A stretch of 64,000 bases of DNA, taken from the NCBI GenBank assembly GCA_044892505.1, contig CM097882.1, positions 333,064,001-333,128,000 of the forward strand, given 5' to 3'. Source of the DNA: Schmidtea nova. Lineage: Eukaryota. This document shows positions 58,952-64,000 of this stretch, piece by piece (within the stretch, counting starts at the first letter, position 1; each line of letters opens with the position of its first letter). The translations under genes and the position numbers were made by a program. The notes under the pieces were generated by a model, which worked only from the letters and a program-made list of their open reading frames with translations, had not been told where the DNA came from and did no database searches.

Positions 58952-59183
58952 GTAATTATTTTACTGCGTATAAAAGATTTAATTTGATTTTAATATTTTT
59001 CAAATATTGTTTTGTATCTCAACAATGTCCTGGTTACAAATCCCGGAGAGTTTTACTGAGATAGTTGATTTATCGCGTATTCTGCTTACGTTCATTCTTT
59101 TAGAGTTATTTTGAAATAATAGATCAATTTTTTTCAGTTATAAACAAATTATCGGTACTGTCATTTTCAAGTTTACTTTGTAA

Positions 59184-61134
59184 CCTTTTGCACTCCGTTG
59201 GCGACTATATGTCGCCACTATGTATACATGTATTGTTTACTATAAAAGGTCTAGGTGCCTATGAGAGCAGGTACAAACCCAATTCATAAGTTTCGCAAGG
59301 CTGTTGCTAACATCCAGATGCATTAGTGTTGTTAAATTTAAGACGGAATATTTTTAATACGTGTAAGTTCGTGTCCTTGAGTCATCAAATAGCAGTTCAT
59401 GGGGATCAGCTGTTGAATATCTACAGGACGACGAATGAGTTGATATTTCCAAAATAGAAGATACCCCAAGTGCACGAAACTTCGATATTGGATCACACAA
59501 TACTGGACCACAATTTTCATCAAAAGTAACTGAACCCGTCCATTTTTCAAAATTGTTTTTCACAGACGAGTTAGTTGGTGAAATAATAAAATTAACTAGT
59601 GCATTTGCAAGAACCAAACTTCAGGGAAATGAATTGTCTAAAAACATTTTGTCACAGTTGGCGAGATGTACAAAAAGATGTGTTCTGTTCTTTTATTGGA
59701 GTGATCTTAAATATGGGGATAATGCCGCTTGCTATTATACAAGAATATTGGTCATCTAAACCCAACTCCAAATTTCCATTATTTTCAAATATTTTCAAAA
59801 GATCTCGGTTTATCCAAATATTTTGGATGTTGCACCTGAATACTCCGGATCCTGACCCTAGTAATTTACGGACACGTATCCAAAAAGCCAATAATTTGTT
59901 GGAATACATTAATGACAAATTTACTCAATATTTTATTCCTAATAAGAATATATATGTGGACTAGTCCGTAGCGAAATTCAAAGGAAAGTATGCTTCATAA
60001 CGTACAATCCTAAAAAATCCACCAAGTGGGAAATACAAATCTGTGTTTTGGCTGATTCTGAGTCATCATATGTTTACAGCAGTCTTCCTTATTATGGTAG
60101 TATTACTACGGACAGTCTAATAAGACCAAATTTGTCCGTTTGTACAAGAATACCACTCCATATGTACACAAGGATTTTGGAAAAGATTCAGAACGCCCAA
60201 GTATGTTCATATGTTCACAGACAGGTATTACACAAGCCTACGGCTTGCTAAAGGAACTTCTAAAATTGAAATGCCATCTAACTGCAATTATCCAAACAAA
60301 CAGAATAGGAATTCCAACTAGCATAAAAAACCAAACTTCCAATACGTACAATGATTTTTGCCTGGTAAGACAAAAAAGTTATAACGATGCTCAACACTTC
60401 CGCTAATGCTATGACATCAATTGTTTTCAAAGTTGGAAGAAGTGGTGTCCAATTGGTAACAGAAAAACAAGCTGAGGTTCTAAGCTACACAAAATCTGTG
60501 GGTGGAGAGGACCGTGCAGACCAATATATACACATACTGTTATCTCTGAAAATCCTTAAAGTGGTGGAGGAAACTTTTTTCTTGTGATTGAAAATGTATT
60601 CTATTAATGCTGATATCATATAAAAAACCATACAAGCAAAAAATAATGAAAAACCATTAAGTCACTTGAAATTTGTGAAACCTCAGGTTGATAAATTAGT
60701 TGGTGATTATCATGAGCCTCAAAGAAGGCCATATATTTATTCTTTCGTCTGAAGCACGCCTGGGTGGTAAATTACATGTTTTGCCAAAAGGAACGAAGAG
60801 GGATTGTGTTGTATGCTCACAAGGAACAAAAAAGGGCACAGGCATGAAACATATGAATATTATGACACTTTCCCTGAAAAACCTATTATACATTTAGGAG
60901 ATTTTTTTCTCAGATTCCATACTATGAAAAGCTAGAAAACTTATAAATAGTCATTGATTGTTGTTATTTTTGTTTAAATTTACTGATATATCTATTGTTT
61001 TGAATGCACATTTGCATGATACCTTTTTTATTTTTTATTAATTTTGTCATAAGTCTACCATTTTGCTTGAAATTGCAAAATTGTATGCTGGGGTTACAGT
61101 AATGCCATACAAAAACATTCAAGAGTTGAAAAGG
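59184..61134 (+). mobile_element. piggyBac (PGBD4-like) transposon, decayed and probably internally shortened
   Basis: TIR-like CCTTTT(G/C)(C/A)ACTC with degenerate TTAA flanks (GTAA/TTGA). Motifs LFFTDELV, FIGVILNMG, SRF..I...LHL, VD*SVAKFKG, YNPKK.TKW, TDRYY, GG.DRADQ and a C-terminal Cys domain. Multiple stops and frameshifts. Confidence 0.88.
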
Positions 61135-61364
61135 TTGAAGTATTTTACAAATGCAGTGACAAAAATTTGTGTTTAATTGAAAATAATTTGATCTACATAG
61201 TCTGAAAGAAATAAAATAAGTGAAATCGTAAATAACAGATCAAAAATGCAAAAGATATAAGATTTTAATGACCTGTGTAGTAACTCTGAAATAGATTACT
61301 ATCAATAATAAACATTTATTATAATATAAATGTCTGTGCGTTGCGATTTGAATTGCTTCCTTCT

Positions 61365-61545
61365 TCATATTGAATAAAACTGCTATTTTTGAATTTGCTT
61401 GCTGCTTAATATTTGATAAAATTGCTAATTTTGAACTTGAATTTGCTTGCTGCTTAATATTGAATAAAACTGCTATTTTGAATTTGCTATTTGTTTGCTG
61501 CTTAATATTGAGTGAAACTGTTATTTTGAATCTAAATTTGCTTTG
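61365..61545. repeat. Degenerate minisatellite (~45-57-bp unit, about 4 copies)
   Basis: Repeated ATATTGAATAAAACTGCTATTTTTGAATTTGCTTGCTGCTTA. Confidence 0.8.
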
Positions 61546-62037
61546 CTTTTGAGTTTTGTAAATGTCCGTTTATCTTTTAATTCTCTTTTTCTTTTTGTAA
61601 GTTTAAACAACGCTGATTAATATTTTTATACATAACTATATTTAATTTAATTATATATACATATATGTAATATATTACAGTACTACAAAAAGCACTACAA
61701 CCTGTTTGTCATTAATTACACAAGGTAACAAAAAAAATTTTTTTTCTGACTCTGGAGAATGACTGATAGATTCTCTATACTTATGCCTCAGAAACATTGA
61801 AAACATATATCATTAATTTTAAACTTTGATTTTGTCATGGGAATATGATAATAATGGGAATATGAAAATTTAGCCATATTTCACCCAAAAACATATATTG
61901 CTAATGGATATGAGTAATAACGAATCGATAAATTTAGGTAAAGATAAATAAGGATTATTAAATGAATAATATTTAAGTCAATTTATTAGTTTAAGCATAT
62001 CTAAGTATTGAATTAATTTTTTTAACTGCTTTATTGT

Positions 62038-62270
62038 TTGGAAAATATCGGCATTTCATAAAAATTATCACCATATTCAAATTCAGCATGGTCGAAAACC
62101 ATTAGTGGTTAAGCACCTTTTGAACATAAACGTTTTTTCTCATAATTCCTTACCATTTGGAAAATATTTGCATCTCATAAAAACTATCACCGTATTCGAA
62201 TTCAGCGTGGTCGAAAACCTTTGGTATTTAAGGACCTTTTAAAAATAAACTTATTTTCTCAAATTTCTTT
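62038..62270. repeat. Diverged tandem dimer (~120-bp unit), probably subterminal repeat of a DNA transposon
   Basis: TTTGGAAAATAT...ATTC(A/G)AATTCAGC(A/G)TGGTCGAAAACC occurs twice. Confidence 0.7.
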
Positions 62271-62405
62271 ATGAAAATAAAAATATTTTGAATTAAATGT
62301 TTTCAAGTATGGCACTTCAGATGCCCTGCCATTGTATGATTATAATTAGCAGAGACTAGAATTTTCTATGCACCCTGTGACCCCCACTCTCACCATGTAC
62401 AGCAT

Positions 62406-62825
62406 GTGAGTGTTGAGTGTGTGAGCCTCACATTATCGCAAGCTGATACTTTCAGTGCAAAGAAGCTCACAAGAGTACAGAGAGCTGCTTGGAACAGTTT
62501 TGTTTCAGTTTGTCATGGCTTTCTTGGGAACCACAAGGCCAACAACTATGTGCAACTAGTCCAGACACTAATCAAGAACTATGGTGCCATGGGTTGCAGA
62601 ATGTCTCTGAAAGTTCATATGCTCAATGCACACTTAAGCACATGCAAAGAGAACTTGGGAGTTTATTCTGAAGAACAGGAAGAGCGTTTTCATCAAGACA
62701 TACAAGTCTATGAACGTCGGTATCAAGGACAGTATAATGAGAGCATGATGGGAGATTATATTTGGAATTTAATTCGAGACAGTGACTGCGAGTATAATCG
62801 TCAATCTAAGAGACTTCACTTCTAA
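62406..62825 (+). mobile_element. C-terminal remnant of a second Chapaev3-like transposase
   Basis: AAWNSFVSVCHGFLGNHKANNY...GCRMSLKVHML...EEQEERFHQD...RYQG...MMGDYIW is homologous to 54714-55424. Confidence 0.85.
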
Positions 62826-64000
62826 ACTTCTTTATTTCATGTATTACTATATTCAGCTCATTCTTCGTAATAAAAATCCTGTTTGTCATTGAATGACTTC
62901 CAAATAATAATAATTGGGGATTTCCATATGCACCTGTAGAGTGTTCTAAGCATGTCACTATTTCAATGCATTCCAGCATGATTGTATGCCTTATGGTTCA
63001 TCAATCTTAATGTGGTTTGCAACGTACGAAAGCTTAAGAAATTTCCTTTCAAATGCTGCAAACCCCATCACAATCCACCGATTGTAATTACCTAAAAATA
63101 TTAAAATATGGAAAAAAAAATATTTTTTTGGAAAAAAACAAAAAAAAATAAAAATATCAATGTGACACTTGCAAAATCAAAGTTTTTTAGAAATGATGTT
63201 GAATTTCTTTAGTTTTAGAGCATAAACAAACAGAATCTGGCAGTCATTTACAAGAGTCAAAAAAAGTGTTACCTTGTGTTATTAATAAAATCAGGAGTGT
63301 ATGATAATCAGTCCCATAAAGAACACGTATTTATTGAATCCATAAAATTTGTAATTAACACGTTTATTTAATCACAATAATATTTAAACAAATTATATCG
63401 TTAATTTGTTTGAGGAGTTTCTAAACATAATAATTAATTTACAAGTAAGGATTTCGATATACTATCAAAAATATACTACAAAATATACTGCAAAAATATA
63501 CTACAAAAACACCGCACAGTTAACGTACAAAATGTTAGCCAACTTTACTTTAAAAATTAGTCTAAAAACTTTTCTTTTACAAAAATTTGAAGTGTTGTAA
63601 TTTTTCTTTATATTGAATACACGAATTAAAAATTTGTTTATATTATCTTTAATCTATGTACCAATTTTTGTAGAGATCTGAGATTATCATTTTGGAAGCG
63701 TCCCTTGTAAAACTAAAATGTAATATATTTACAAGATAATAATAATATCATTCACATTTTATACCTTCGATCTCTTGTCTATTTCAGAAATTTTCATTTT
63801 TTTTAATTTAAAAACTATATCAAAATTGTTTTTTATATAGCACACTTTATATAAAAAATTAAAATTTCTGAAATAATATTTTACAAACATTTATGAGAAG
63901 TATTTCGTAGTAGCAAATATATAAACTGATTAAAAGAAAATTTGATTTTAGTTTCCATCTAGTTCTAATATAAATGACGAAAAATTCTGACATATTATTT

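Noticed and set aside
61365-62270. Tandem repeats considered as CRISPR-like arrays (also the 13-bp x3 repeat at about 58182-58222 and the ~60-bp repeats at 40400-40600)
   Set aside because: Eukaryotic context, degenerate contiguous units, and no unique spacers.

Overview
This is AT-rich animal genomic DNA, with short and very long spliceosomal introns, (TA)n tracts and two N gaps. The style resembles a planarian or other flatworm, but that is inference only. The one supportable host gene is a type I diacylglycerol kinase (DGK-alpha/beta/gamma family) on the + strand. Nine exons can be joined in consistent phase from 5768 to 58951, covering the N-terminal domain, EF-hands, two C1 domains and a linker; the start and the catalytic domain were not located. 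The introns are filled with transposable elements: two families of very compact LTR retrotransposons (about 3.65 kb, LTRs of 87-91 bp), a 5.3-kb Gypsy element, a CsRn1-type Gypsy fragment, a near-intact Buster/Charlie hAT, Chapaev3-like, piggyBac and Tc1 remnants, and several MITEs with target-site duplications (TSDs). Three observations stand out. (1) Both compact LTR families lack a TGG primer-binding site (PBS); the 12 nt right after the 5' LTR are instead complementary to the 5' END of tRNAs (exactly tRNA-Lys(UUU) nt 1-12 in one family). (2) The introns hold decayed, often fused fragments of unrelated host genes: ARF+actin, claudin+ZSWIM facing an LRR gene inside an inverted repeat, pyruvate kinase, and 28S rRNA. 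(3) A repeated ~200-bp palindrome carries back-to-back minimal U3-A8 hammerhead ribozyme motifs. All family assignments come from motif recognition by eye; no database searches were run.
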